Shown: piece after piece, positions 30,524-48,257 of the stretch
Layout of the letters: each line of letters opens with the position of its first letter
Numbering within the stretch: position 1 is the stretch's first letter
Assembly: GCA_964016885.1 (NCBI GenBank)
Contig: OZ024756.1
Coordinates: 14,322,001-14,386,000, forward strand
Source of the DNA: Eledone cirrhosa
Taxonomy: Eukaryota
Direction of reading: 5' to 3'
DNA length: 64,000 nt
Position numbers and translations under genes: made by a program
Notes under the pieces: generated by a model
Database searches by the model: none
Seen by the model: only the letters and a program-made list of their open reading frames with translations
Told to the model about the DNA's origin: nothing

Positions 30524-31156
30524 AACACGCTTAGAGTTGAATATCGTTGTTTCCGTTTCAGCTAAATCCTTCTGCCACCAATCCCCCATAAAATGAAGGT
30601 GATCTATACAACAGAGAGCTAACGACAAAGTAAAGTTGCAAATTCTAATAATAATAACAATAACAATAAATGAACTGAACTACTTTAAAATGAAATATCC
30701 CAGCCCTATAGTTCTGACCTACTCTTAATCTTGCCGTGGCATGCATCTAATGGAGTATATATCTCTATATATACATATAGAAATACACATGAGTGGTTTA
30801 CATTTGACTAAAACAAGAAAGAATGAAGTTGTCTCCCTTAATTGATCACTCTCCTGTCTTAATATGTTTTAATTTTTTTTAAATACTTGTCCCTATCTGT
30901 GTGAGGGAAGAAAATTAAACATGCGTTAAATAAATATCCACCCCATGTGTTAGTCATGCGCGCGTACAAAACATGCACATGCGCACATACACACATACAC
31001 ACATATATTCGTTCATACACACGTCCGCGCGTGCGTACTTCACACCGCTGAATCAATCTAATTATGTCTATGTGTATATCATTTCTTTTCTCTTAAATTT
31101 TGCAATATACCATTCAACTCCTTCCAATATACATACATTGTAATAAATAAATAAAC

Positions 31157-31194
<38 letters not shown>

Positions 31195-31819
31195 CAGTTT
31201 ATCTTCCTTTAAACGAGCTTAGTTCAGTCTATGCGCCTTCACTCTTCTCCTATCAACACACACACACATTATATATATGTGAGAGAGAGAGAGGGGGAGA
31301 ATTTGAAAAAAGCATCAGCGTTGTTTGGCTATGAAACAGTCTTATGTTGAGCATATAAAAGCTTGAATACGGAAAATATTTTATACAATTCTGCCACAAA
31401 GTGGGGAAAAACATGGAGTGATACAACAGAAAATAGAGAAAGAGATCTATATAGACATATCTATTTAAAAAAAAAAATAACATGTATGCACACATCACAC
31501 ACACCCCCTCTCTCTCTTACTAAAAAAAAAATATTTTTCTTTCACCGATCCTTCCACAAAACATTAAAAAAAACTAACCCAGCCTTGGTAGATGATACTA
31601 GCCTTAAGAATTTAGAATTAGTTGAACTAATACAAGTCTGACATACCAATAACAATATGGTGCCTACTTAACATGACAAACCAACTAACACACACACGTT
31701 GCAAGTAGTAAAGTTTCGCTGGCTGCATGGCCTTGCATATGATTGGGTCGTTGACAATCTATTTTTTTTAAAATATCAATAATACTTATGTATTTCAACA
31801 CACAGCAAACACCACAACT

Positions 31820-31892
<73 letters not shown>

Positions 31893-33112
31893 TACACATA
31901 CAACTGATGTAGAAAAGTTGTAAGCCCCAGGATAAGTTTCTAGTTGTGCAAATTCTTACGTATAATTTCTAGTCGCCTTGACATATAAAAGGCATATAGA
32001 CAATAAGCCATCTTTTTTTGCCTTGAAACGGAATGGCATGATGGCGCCAGTACATCTTTATCATAGAATAGAAATGACTACAGGACTAGATCTGAAATTA
32101 TTAGGAATGTCTATACTCTACTAACGTATTGAATAACTTTTTTTAAACTCTGGTCACCCTCCGATATACATCGAGAATCTACCTATTATATATATATATA
32201 TATATATATAGTCGGTCGACAAAATCCCAGACCTCATACGCTTAACGTTTAGGGTGGAGCTCGTAAAATTGGACCGAAGATACAACGTTTCCATGGGTCT
32301 TTCCAATTGCTAATAGTATCTGTCGGTTGCAAATCCAGGCAGAAGGAGCAACGTGAAATAAAGTGTTTTGCTCAAGGACATAACGCATCACCCGGTCTGG
32401 GAATCAAAATCACAACCTCACCATTGCGAAGCCAATTCTCTTACCACTCAACCAGGCGTCTTCATATAGTTGAAAACGGGGATAAAGTTCCATAGGTTAT
32501 AGCTAGAATGTAAAAGTGAAAAAGTACATGGTTATATTTAAAGATTATTTTATTTTTAATCCCACAGAATGAATATGTTTATAATTGTTACATTAAATAG
32601 TTTCTCTTTCTGTGAGCAGTTAGAACATACATACATACATAGTGTGTAGTAATGACTTAGCTATAGTACTGATGCAACCAGTATAGCTATCACCTTCACA
32701 ATCTCAAACGCTATCAACACATGCATCATCAGCATCATCATCATCATGATCATCAGCATCATCATGATCATTAGCATTACCATTACCAGCATCGTTAACT
32801 GCTGTTTGCTATCACTTGCAACTATCCAACCACCACTCTATTCATAATTTACCCTATACCTCACTACCACCACCACCACTACTACTACTACTATTATCTC
32901 CATTGCTGGCACCATTCACACCACCACCACCTTCACCTGCATCTCTCTTCGTGGGCTTTGGTTTTTTTTTTCCTCTTTTTTTTCCTCTTTTAAAAAATTT
33001 TTTTTTACTACAATATATTAAATATATTCTTTTACTCTGTTGTTCCTGCATTAAGCTTTCTTTTTATTTCATTGTGGAAGAATCAGACATTTTGAAACCT
33101 TCAGGTTGTGTA

Positions 33113-33150
<38 letters not shown>

Positions 33151-33234
33151 TTGTTGTTTTTCCCATAAATATTTTGCTGTTAACGCTGGATACTAACAAA
33201 AGCTGTAATTATTATTGTTATTATTATTATTAAT

Positions 33235-33450
33235 AGTGGATGGTCAGAATTGGTCAAGCGTCGGACAAATGCTGAGCAGTATTTGTTCTGGCTCTTTACG
33301 TTCTGAGTTCAAATCCTGCCGAGGTCAACTTTGCCTTTCATCATTCCGAGGTCGATAAAATAAAGTACCAGTCAAGTACTGGGGTCGATTTAATCGACTT
33401 TCACCCTCCCCCACAAAGTGTGGGCTTTATGCCTAAATCAGAAACCATTT
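33235..33450 (+). mobile_element. SINE family A (longer-tail variant)
   Basis: A/B boxes and core, with an extra gggtcgatttaatcgact segment. Confidence 0.85.
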
Positions 33451-33982
33451 TTTAAATTATTATTTGGTCAACTGAGTGTTGTGTGAACATACAAAATGTA
33501 AAAGAAGGCGTGAAAAAAACGCTGCATTACCCTTGGCATATCAACCCGACTAAAACCACTACCCATTTTATAGGGTCCCTAGTTATAATCTTCCAAAATA
33601 ATTTGATATGAAAACCATACGTTAAGTTAATATCTTAGTAATGAAATAATAATTTTAGAGAATCCCTCTTTTAATTAATTCAAATATGTCATAATATGAT
33701 AATTAAAGTGTTAAACAATAAACATACACTTCCCTACATACTTTCATATATATATATATATGGGGGGGGGGGGATCCCAAACGAAGAAATAAGTGTAACA
33801 ACAGTCAATCACTATAAATAATAGTTGAGAAAATCGGGTAAAAAATCAGGAGACGACGGAAAAGAGTAGCCCCGTTCATCTTCACCTGATATTTCTCAAA
33901 TATTTATAGAGATCGAGTATTATTATGGCCATTGACGTCGGGATGCAAACATTTCAAAGTTCATTATATATATATATATATA

Positions 33983-34170
33983 TAGGTGGATTGGCAGTAT
34001 CAGTAGAGGGTCGGACGCCATGCTTTCCAGCATAGTTACGTCCCTTTATGATCTGAGTTCAAATCCCGCCGAGGTTGACTTTGCCTTTCAACCTTACGTG
34101 GTCGATAAAATAAAGTACCAGTAATGCACTGGGTAATTGCTGGCCTTGTGCCTAAAGTAGAGACAATTAT
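33983..34170 (+). mobile_element. SINE family A
   Basis: Full-length match, inserted in (TA)n. Confidence 0.9.
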
Positions 34171-34442
34171 ATATATATATATATATATAGTGAAGAGATA
34201 ACAAGGACGATTGGTTACTCCTTCATTACATTTATTGGTTGGTGACGCGCGTTTCGCCACTGATCAGCTCAAGGTTCGATCTATATCGATCTTACCCGAC
34301 TCTGTAATCTGCAGCTAGACGGACCCCTTGAAATGCTAGTAGAAAATACACTCTGTCTAGCTCTACACCTCGACACTGAAGTGAACCTAAACATCGAGTG
34401 CTCACCCGGGTGAACCTACAGTAACTCCAAGTTACACTCCCT

Positions 34443-34484
<42 letters not shown>

Positions 34485-34574
34485 CTTATGCACATACACA
34501 CTTAGAAATTCTTAACCTTATACTGTTATCACCCACCAAGCTACAGTTATGACAGGGTGCTGACATCAACATAT

Positions 34575-34624
<50 letters not shown>

Positions 34625-35090
34625 TATATATATAGATATGGCGCATGTCTCTCAGACATAACAACCCTTAATTTTAAATTTATTTATATATATATATATA
34701 TATATATCCAAATACTATGTTTGTATATATATATATATATATATATAAATATATACAAACATAGTATAGTTACATAACATACATTCGTAAACAACTAGTG
34801 GGGCATTTTTGATGGCCACAACTTAGAGCTTTGCCCTCACCAATTCTGTTCTGTTTGTCCCCTACTGTTCCCCTCCACGCCACACTGCCACCTCTCCTTC
34901 TTTTACATTCATGTATTTCACCTTCAGATCAGAAATGTTCTTTAAAATGTCATCGAGGAGATAATATTGAAACAGAAAAAACTAGCGTAGATAATGTGTA
35001 CATATTATATACATTTATATATTACAACTGTCTATTATATATTCTATTCTATTTATATATCATAGTTGTGTAAATATATACATACATACA

Positions 35091-35125
<35 letters not shown>

Positions 35126-35359
35126 TATATATGTGTGTATATATTTATATAGGATATTAGATATAATTGTATGTTTTTTTCCTTCTGTTTTGGTCTGTTC
35201 TTTACTTTTTACATATATCCATTTTATCGATAAATTACGTTCGATTTTTTGCTGGCATTGAGACCACATCAGTTATAACAAAAAATAACAACAAAAAACC
35301 AACCAAACAAAAAAGAACCCCAGCTATTATAAATATCTTCGATTATCGATTATTTTTAT

Positions 35360-35925
35360 TATCAAAAAGGCAAAGTTGGACCTCGGCGGGATTTGAACTT
35401 GCCATTCTGAGTTCAAATCCCGCCGAGGTCAACTTTGCCTTTCATCCTTACGGGGACGATAAAATGAAGTACCAGTAATGTTCTGGGTATTTGCTGGCCT
35501 TGTGCCAAAAGTAGAAACAATTATTTTAACATTGGCTACATCATGGCTTTTTCTCTACCATAGTTCATTAGTAGGGAGGTAATATATGAGCGAAGTTAGA
35601 TAGAATACCCTTTTTGTCTATCTTGTTTATACTCCGAGAATTAGGGGTTTTCTCTTTTAATTTTAATATATATAACATCATTTGGTTAATTTATTTTATA
35701 AAATTAGAAAGTCTGTTAGTCACGATACACGAAAGATGCGTGGTTCAATTTCTCCAGACACTTCTATCCATATTTTTTCTTCTCCAGGGGTAACTTATTC
35801 AGCTATAATTTATCGTTATTTCCCACCGAGGTTGACTTAGCCTTTCATCCTTACGAGGTCGATAAAATAAAGTACCAGTAAGGCACTGGGTAATTGCTGG
35901 CCTTGTGCCTAAAGTAGAAACAGTT
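35360..35925. mobile_element. SINE family A fragments, including an inverted head pair at about 35365-35443
   Basis: aaaggcaaagttggacctcggcgggatttgaact / agttcaaatcccgccgaggtcaactttgccttt. Confidence 0.8.
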
Positions 35926-35947
35926 ATTTACATTGTGGCTAACATAT

Positions 35948-35984
<37 letters not shown>

Positions 35985-36324
35985 TAAAACCAGAAAAGAG
36001 AGATATCAGTTTAACATATCTTTCCATTACACGTGTTACACCAGTGATCAGGCTCCAAAACATTCACAACTACGTATCGTAATGTAACAGTAGGGTTGAA
36101 CTCTTTAGCGCACTGGTCCTCCATATTAAGACGTCAGCTATACACGAATTAATCTTCTAAGAGCACACATATAGTATATATATTGAAAAAAAATCAATCG
36201 AACGTAATTATTATTGATGAAATGGATGGTATGTATTTTTTTAATTTTAAATTCACTTCAACTTAATACTTAGAGTAATGAGAACGTTTTTCTTAAATTA
36301 CAAATGCAATTATGTCAACATATG

Positions 36325-36728
36325 ATATGATATATATAGATATATATATAATTATATATATATATATAATAATATATATATATATAATAATAATATATAA
36401 TATATAAATATAATATATATATATATATAATATATATATATATATATAATATATATATATATATAATATATATATATATATAATATATATATATATATAA
36501 TATATATATATATATAATATATATATATATATAATATATATATATATATAATATATATATACATAATATATATATATATAATATATATATACATAATATA
36601 TATATACATAATATATATATATACATAATATATATATATACATAATATATATATATACATGCATATATATATATATACATGTATATATATATATACATGT
36701 ATATATATATATACATGTATATATATAT

Positions 36729-36798
<70 letters not shown>

Positions 36799-36850
36799 AT
36801 ATATATATACATGCATATATATACATGTATATATATATATATACATGTAT
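36325..36850. repeat. TA-rich compound microsatellite
   Basis: Directly visible. Confidence 0.97.
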
Positions 36851-37048
36851 AATTATTATCATATATTAGAAAGGAAAGTTTAAATAAACAGTATTGACTC
36901 CTTCGATGCTTTAGATTCCATGAGTCAGATAATTTCATATTTATAGTTAATATCATTGTGATAAAAATTATATTTGTATTATTATTATATTATTATTCAA
37001 ACAACGTACGAAGCTGAAGTTTTGGCTTTTAAGGGCTGAGAATAAATG

Positions 37049-37084
<36 letters not shown>

Positions 37085-37095
37085 ATATATATATT

Positions 37096-37127
<32 letters not shown>

Positions 37128-37572
37128 TTAATATATATATTTATTTTATATAAACATTCAATATATATTTTATATATATTCAATATATATATATGTATAT
37201 ATATTATATATATATTTAATATATATATTTATTTTATATATATATTCAATATATATTCAATATATATTGAATATATATATATATATTGAATATATATAAA
37301 ATATATATTTAATATATATATTTATTTTATATATATATATTCAATGTATATTTTATATATATTTTATATATATTTTATATATATTCAATATATATTTATA
37401 TATAATTATTATTTATATATAATTATACATAACATCTCAATGAAAAGATATCGTTAAGATATCTTATTCAGGGTTTTCGTCCGGCCCCTTATGTTTAAGT
37501 TGCTTCAGATTTTATATATCCTTAGGGAACGATATTTTATCGATCCGTTAATGATATGTATAGGATGTTCTA

Positions 37573-37608
<36 letters not shown>

Positions 37609-37793
37609 CATACATACATACATACATATGCATGCATACATATATTAAATACATATATAAATATTATATACATATATTATATACATATATACATATATTA
37701 TATACATATATACATATACATAAATATTATATACATATATATTACATACATATATATATATATATACATATTATATACATATATATTACATAC

Positions 37794-37824
<31 letters not shown>

Positions 37825-38293
37825 ATACATATTATATATATATATATTACATACATATATATATATATATATTATATATATATATACATATTATATATAT
37901 ATATATATACATATTATATATACATATATACATATTATATATATATATACATATTATATATACATATATATATTATATATACATATATATATTATATATA
38001 CATATATATATTATATATACATATATATACATATATATATACATATATACTTAATATATAAATATATATGTATATAATATATAAATATATATTTATATAA
38101 CATATATGTATATATACTTATATACATATATGTTATATAAATATATATTTATATATTATATACATATTTATTATATACATATATATTTATATATTATATA
38201 CATATATATTATATACATATATATTATATACATATATACATATATATTATATACATATATACATATATATTATATACATATGCCCATACACAC

Positions 38294-38326
<33 letters not shown>

Positions 38327-38655
38327 TAGTATAAAGAATGATGTGCTCTAGCCCAGAGATGTTATAAAATAGTATGAAGGACCTTAAATGAGGAAAAAAA
38401 CGTTGACAGGGTCCACTCTCAGTAACTGAACCTCAGATCTCCCCACATCAGTTCCGTACATTGTTTGAAATTATTATTATTATAGTACCAGTAATGCACT
38501 TGGTAATTGCTAGCCTTGTGCCTAAAGTAGAAACAATTATTATTATTATTATTATTATTATGTCTCCTCACACTCACTATTGATACATAACTGTTGTGTA
38601 TGATGATGATTAAATTTCGTTTATTTTATATACATTATTTCACCCCCAACGACAG

Positions 38656-38751
38656 GCTTTGTTGGTCGGCGATGATAAACTGGCGGAGCCGGGTCATCCA
38701 CGCAGAGCGAGGAGGCGATACTATCCAGAGAGACCGATTCTAACTCTTCAG
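38656..38751 (+). CDS. 96-bp coding exon (phase 0-0), [32 protein letters not shown]
   Basis: GC-rich island bounded by ACAG| and CAG|GTAAAG. Length is divisible by 3, there are no stops, and the phase matches the upstream donors. Confidence 0.85.
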
Positions 38752-38774
38752 GTAAAGGAAACCAAATCCAAAAT

Positions 38775-41836
<3,062 letters not shown>

Positions 41837-42492
41837 CGAGGGCATAAAGTAAAACGAAAAATATCAAGTACAATAATATGACACCTTAGTGTGTTGTTGT
41901 TGATGATGATGATGATGGTATTTTGTTTAATTTTTGTGTAAGTTTTGTGTAATTGTAATTATGATTCCTTTTACAGAATCGCTAGAGCGATGGATGATAT
42001 GTCTCCAATAAAATAAAGTAACAGTTATGTACTTGGGTCGATATGATTGACTACACAATCAAATAAATGTTATCGCTTTGTGTATTTTTTTCTGTGTGTA
42101 ACATGTAATGATGATTTGTTGTTTTACAAATGACTGATTGCTCTTTTTTTTTTATTATCTTTGTCATTTTTATTATAAATATATTTATATATGACTTTTT
42201 TTCCTCTGAAATATTTAAGGTTAATTTAATATAAATATAACGACAGTTTGTTTGAATTAAAACCCTCGCCGAGAAAATAATGGTGCAAAAAACTTCCAAA
42301 ATTCTTTTGCATATCTTTGGTGTAAAGAGGAATAATAAAAAGTGTTTACACTTTATTCGTTTCACAGCAAAGGCTTCTAATAAAAAAAACTGTAGTTATA
42401 TCTCTATTAAATTTATCTTTAATCTACCAATATACGATTTGTTCCAGTATAATTACTTTTTCTTTGTTTTAACCCCTTCATTACTTCAAATC

Positions 42493-42528
<36 letters not shown>

Positions 42529-43544
42529 GGTGGTTGTTGGCAGAATCATTAGAGCGTAGGAAAAATGCCCCCCCCCCCCCATATATGTACCGACTCTTTA
42601 TGTTCTGAATTCAACTTCCGGCGAGGTCAACGTTTACCTGTCATCATTTCCGGGATTGATAAAATAATCTACCTGCGAATTACTGGGTCAATATATTCGA
42701 CGTTCCCCTCCACCACCCCACCGCCACCCCAGGTTAGCTTTACCTTACATCCTTACAGGGTCGATAAATTAAAGCATCAGTGACGTACTGGAGTCGATTT
42801 AATCGACTTTCCCCCTTCCCCTAAAATTTTTCGCTTTGCATCTAAATCAGAAGCCACCGTCTCCCTATATGCCCTCCACCCCTTTCTACCCGTCCCATTT
42901 ACTCTATAACAGAAATAGAACCAAGTATGTAAATGTCCATGTCGAAACCGATGAGTTAGTTGCCATGACTACTATACGAGTATGGTAGTGAAGACATATT
43001 TTCCGACAACTAAACAGCTGTGCCGTCCCAATACAAGATCGGAACTGTTTCTCGTTTGCTCCAGAGAGACATAAAACAATATCATCATAACCTCTGAAAT
43101 TCTAAAACCAGCTTTTAAAATTTAAATTGGCGCGTTTATCATTAGAAAGAAAGCCTGAAAGGTAGATAATCGGATTTTAAAAAATTACTTACCTTTATCT
43201 AATTATGTCCTTTGATGAGTTAAGTTCGAATCGTAAGAAGATCCATTTTACATTTGTTTTGTTTGTTTGTATCTAAGATAATTATATCTTGAGTAAGTCA
43301 GTTCGAATTTTTAGCAAGTGAAAATCTTAAGTTGAAATCTTTCATAATTTTAATGAAAGACACAGCTGATGGTGGAGGGACTGGCAGTAGTGTTTCTTCT
43401 AACAGTTGTAGCTACAATGGAAAACATTAGAATCAAAAGATGGATGAAGACTCAACTCTTTTATGTTAAAGATTTAAAAACAAACAAAAATAGTCCGGGT
43501 GGAAGGTGATACATTAAAAAAGTATTCATTATTAGCTCCTACTG

Positions 43545-44165
43545 TGCGGTGGATTGGCAGTATCGGTAGAGGGTCAGACGCCATGTTTTGCAGCATAGAG
43601 TTATGGCCCTTTATAATCTGAGTTCAAATCCCACCCAGGTTAGCTTTGCCTTACATCCTTACGGGATCGATAAAATAAAGTACGCACTAGGGTCGAGTTA
43701 ATCGACTTTCCCCTCCTCCAAAATTGATGACCTCGTGCCTATATAAGAAACCATTCTTAGATCCTACTGTAGGGCGGTATATAGGCAGTATAAGTATCGG
43801 TAGAGCATCGGACACCATGCTTCACGGCATATAGTCGCGTCCCTTTACGTTCTATCGAAGGTGGTCAATAAAATAATATACTAGTAACGAACTGGGATCG
43901 ATTTAATTGACTTTCCCCTGCCCCAAATTATTGACCTTGTGCTTAAATCAAAAAACATTATTAGCTTCTACTGAGGGTGATAAATTAGCAGAGTCGGTAT
44001 TTCGTTACAGCATTCTACGCTCTGGTTTCAAATCCTGCCGAAGTCAACTTTGCCTTTCATCCTTCAGAGATTGATAAACTAAAAGTACTAGTAAAGTAGT
44101 GCGGTCGATATAATTGACTTTCCCTTCAAGCTAAGTTGCTGACCTTGTGCAAAAATTAGAAACCA
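43545..44165 (+). mobile_element. Three tandem diverged SINE family A copies
   Basis: Each unit is followed by ...ttagctcctactg-like sequence, which suggests tandem duplication or repeated same-site insertion. Confidence 0.8.
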
Positions 44166-44764
44166 ATACCAGCTCCTACTACAGCAGCTACGACTGGGTT
44201 TTAGAATTCGCATATGACATATTCTTTTGGCTTAGTCATCGTGACCTAGCATACTTTAATTCGCCTTCAAGGTCACTGTGGTAAAAGTAAAACCACTCAC
44301 AACAAAAGAGTTCCTTTTTAAAACCAGAATATGTATAAAACTATTGTGAAGGGTGTAAGCCTCCGTCTTAGCTATAAATAATAATTAAATACTCTGATAG
44401 TTATCATTTTACGTCCGTTTTGACGTCCATACTTGCATTGGTTGGATAAAGCCCAGAGCTTATTCCGGGTTCATGAGCGTTAAGCCACAGAACCTACCGT
44501 CACCTCCGAATGGGACGCCAATATGTTGCTGCTTATACTCATTTTCTGCTGAGTAAACCGGAGCAACGCGGAATGTATTGGTTTGCTCAAGAACAGAACG
44601 CATCATCCAGGCGGGTAATCGAAGCCACGCCCTTATAATAGTGCATCAAACATCCTAATTCCTAGACTACATGCCTTTACAAAATACACAAGTGAAGCAT
44701 ATTTCACTTGTGCTTATGTCAGAAATAAATGTTGTAATTCGTTTACTTTCCATCGAACTACCCG

Positions 44765-45095
44765 TACTAGATCCCTAAATTGTCCCTTAAATTGCCCCAC
44801 ACTACTTAAAGTTGTCCTTAAACTGGTCCCTAAATTGTCCCTTAAATTACCCACACTACTTAAAGTTGTCCTTAAACTGGTCTCTAAATTGTCCCTTAAA
44901 TTACCGCACACTACTTAAAGTTACCCTTAAACTAGTCCCTAAATTGCCCCACACTACTTAAAGTTGTCCTTAAACTAGTCCCTAAATTGTCCCTTAAATG
45001 ACCCCACACTAAAGTTGTCCTTAAACTAGTCCCTAAATTGTCCTTTAAATTGCCCCACACTACTTAAAGTAGTCCTTAAACTGAGCCCTAAACTG
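44765..45095. repeat. 54-bp minisatellite (about 6 copies)
   Basis: ccacactacttaaagttgtccttaaactggtccctaaattgtcccttaaattac, with gtcc(c)ttaaa subunits. Confidence 0.92.
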
Positions 45096-45934
45096 CCATC
45101 AATTATTCAAGCATCATATGAAATCTTGTTACAGTCATTTGTAAACAACATGTTGCTATTAGCAACATCCCATACATGTGACCTGTGCTTGTCTTTAAAT
45201 TGTTGCTACTGTTGTTGCTGCTACTGTTGTTGTTGCTATTGTTGTTGCTGCTACTGTTGTTGTTGCTATTGTTGTTGTCGCTATTGTTATACAGCGTTTC
45301 AGCGTGCATTAATAATAAACAAGTAATCAACAACAGCGACTTTCTTCAGTCTTGTCAACTGTATATATATATTATATATATATATATATATGTGTGTATG
45401 TATGTATGTGTGTGTGTGTCTGTGTGTTTGTATGTATATATATATACACACATAAACATATATATATACACATATTTATGTGTGTGTGTGTATATATATG
45501 CGTATGCGTGTCTGCATATATACATATACATGCATACAAACATGCACACACATATATACAGATATATATATATATATAGTATATATATATATATTCATAT
45601 ATACATACATTGCTTTATATATTGTATTTTTGTTGCTTTGTCAGTGCAACAGGTTCACATACATCTCAAACATCTGTATAATAGATATATCTGTGTGTGT
45701 ACATATACACAAACACACACATATATATATATATGTAGATAAATCTACCAAGAGTTTACGGTAGTGTCCAATCCGTATGAAGAACTCAATGTAATCCGGA
45801 TATCATGGAAAGAAGAGATGCATTCAAAAATCACTTTCGGTGAAAGATAAACGGAATACAGAGTCAAGATAAAGTATTAAAAAAATAATGAATAAAACAA
45901 TGAAACAGTTCCTTATATTAAACAAAAAAAGTTC

Positions 45935-46071
45935 ATTATTTAACGATCATTTCTAGGACATATATGTGTTAGAATTGGCATGCATATTCAACAGATCTAT
46001 GTACAAAATTATACAAACTATCAAATCTAATATACATACCAACACATACATATGCCGTCTTCAGAAATAAT
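45935..46071 (-). ncRNA. Type I hammerhead ribozyme with 104-nt hairpin stem II
   Basis: attattt CTGAAGA cggcatatgtatgtgttgg...ccaattctaacacatatatgtccta GAAA tgatcg TT aaataat, with a 7-bp stem I. Confidence 0.72.
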
Positions 46072-46236
46072 AGAGAGAGAGAGAGAGAGAGATGTGTGTA
46101 CATAAAACAAAAGAACAGAACATTCAACATGTTATGGTGGTTATATATTTGTATTAACTGTTTAATTCAGATTTGCATAACTAAATGTTTCACATCACAA
46201 AAAAAAAAAATATGACCGGCCGATCAGACGTATATG

Positions 46237-46285
<49 letters not shown>

Positions 46286-46296
46286 GAAAGGTATAT

Positions 46297-46352
<56 letters not shown>

Positions 46353-46363
46353 GAAAGGTATAT

Positions 46364-46407
<44 letters not shown>

Positions 46408-46625
46408 GAAAGGTATATATATAATGACGTATATATATATATATATATATATAAATATATATATATAAATTTGTGTCTGTGATAATGCTTGTAGCATTAT
46501 GTTATTTGTAGGCTAAGACAAGATGGACGGTAGATTTAGTGTAATATTTGGGCATAAAGCCCTTAATCAGAAGGCTATAATAAAAAAAACTAGCTCGAAG
46601 TTTTGTTGCTATCGGCTCGCCCTTT

Positions 46626-46668
46626 TTCTTCCTGACGAAGGGTTTTACACCTGAAATATTAGGACAGG
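46626..46668 (+). ncRNA. Possible minimal hammerhead ribozyme
   Basis: ttc CTGACGA agggttttacacct GAAA tat TA gga; stem I is weak. Confidence 0.4.
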
Positions 46669-47226
46669 TGAAACACCAACATTTTCGATGCCTTCAATTT
46701 ATTCTAAACTCTACTGTCTAATTTGCATTGTAACCTTCATAATAACATACTGCTTTATATACGAATATATATATATATGTGTGTGTGTGAATGCGTGGAA
46801 ATTTAGACATAAATCTATGTATGTACGTACCTCTGTATGTATGATAATATGTACGCTAATGTGAACGTTAAGGCATGCTATATATATATTTTATTTTATG
46901 ACTGCCTACTCTCTGTGCCTCGATCTTTCAGGAAAATCTTGCTTCGCTCGGTGTACCTGATACCACTGGATTGAGAGCTTCAAGACCTCCTGCTGTAAGT
47001 ACCTTATATCTCATTATATATAATAAACTCCTATACATTCTCATTGTCTCTCATTGTTGTTATTGTTGTTATTACTATTGTTTTCCTCTACTTATTCTAC
47101 ATGTCTTTTTATGTTTTTGGTTTGTCTTTAATAATTATTGGTGCCGTGTATGTATGTATGTATGTATGTATGTATGTATGTATGTATGTATGTATGTATG
47201 TATGTATGTATGTATGTATGTATGTA

Positions 47227-47362
47227 TGCTGTTAATTGCTAGTGTGTGTGTATTATTATTATTGTTGTTATTATTATTGTTATTATTATTGTTATTATTA
47301 TGTATGTTTTTTTCTCGTGCAATGGCCATACTCGATAACGAGGGGGCAGCCATCATCATCAT
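47227..47362 (+). mobile_element. Short 3' end of an RTE-type LINE
   Basis: gctgtta.ttgcta and tcgtgcaatggccatactcgataacgagggggcagc(cat)n match the 3' end of the neighbouring copy. Confidence 0.6.
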
Positions 47363-47381
47363 GTATGTATGTATGTGTGTA

Positions 47382-47414
<33 letters not shown>

Positions 47415-47419
47415 GTGTG

Positions 47420-48257
47420 TCTGCTGATACATGGGAAAATGTTGCTGCTGATCGTAATAAATGGAGAAAGACTGTATATGAGGGGAAAGTTGGCTTTGAT
47501 GAATCTCGAATCGCATACGAGAAAGTAAAAAGGAATGAGAGGAAGGGCATTGCTGTTGCACTTCCAGACAGCGAAGGTCTTCCTATGGCGCTGACATGCA
47601 GCGTCTGTGCGAGAGACTGCCTCAGCAAAGCTGGACTCGAAAGTCATCTTCGCAATGATAAAGTGAGACCAGAGGTTGACTACCAGGCTGCTGTTGGCGA
47701 TGCTACTCATCATGCTTGCCAAGCATGTGGTAGAGAATGTAAATCAGCAGGAGGGTTCGAACGACATGCAAAAGTACACGAACTCCAACCACAGCCGACT
47801 ATTCCCAGTGAATGTTTTGGTTGCCGACTCTGTGCAAGACATTTTAGATCATTGGCTGGGCTAAAAAGCCACATTCGATCGCAGCGCTGTTAGTTGCTAT
47901 CGTGTGGGTGTGTGTGTGTAGATATGTTTGTGTGTGTGTGTGTGCGTGTGTGTATGTATATATATATTATTATTATTGTTGTTGGGTGGTGGATTGGCAG
48001 TATCAGTAGAGGGTCGGACGCCATGCTTTCCAGCATAGTTAAGGCCCTTTACGATCTGAGTTCAAATCCTGCCGAGGTTGACTTTGCCTTTCATCCTTAC
48101 GGGGTCGATAAAATAAAGTACTAGTAATGCACTGGGTAATTGCTGGCCTTGTGCCTAAAGTAGAAACAATTATTATTGTTGTTGTCGTTATTATTATTAT
48201 TATTATTATTATGGTTTTATCGTGCAATGGCCATACTCGATAACGAGGGGCAGCCAT

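Noticed and set aside
33080-33105. Possible micro-exon (ggaag|aatcagacattttgaaaccttcag|gttgtg)
   Set aside because: Weak splice sites and a stop in phase 0, which is incompatible with the neighbouring phase-0 exons.
47420-47893. Host C2H2 zinc-finger gene
   Set aside because: No TGEKP linkers; it is preceded by an RTE C-terminal motif and followed by a LINE-type (cat)n tail.
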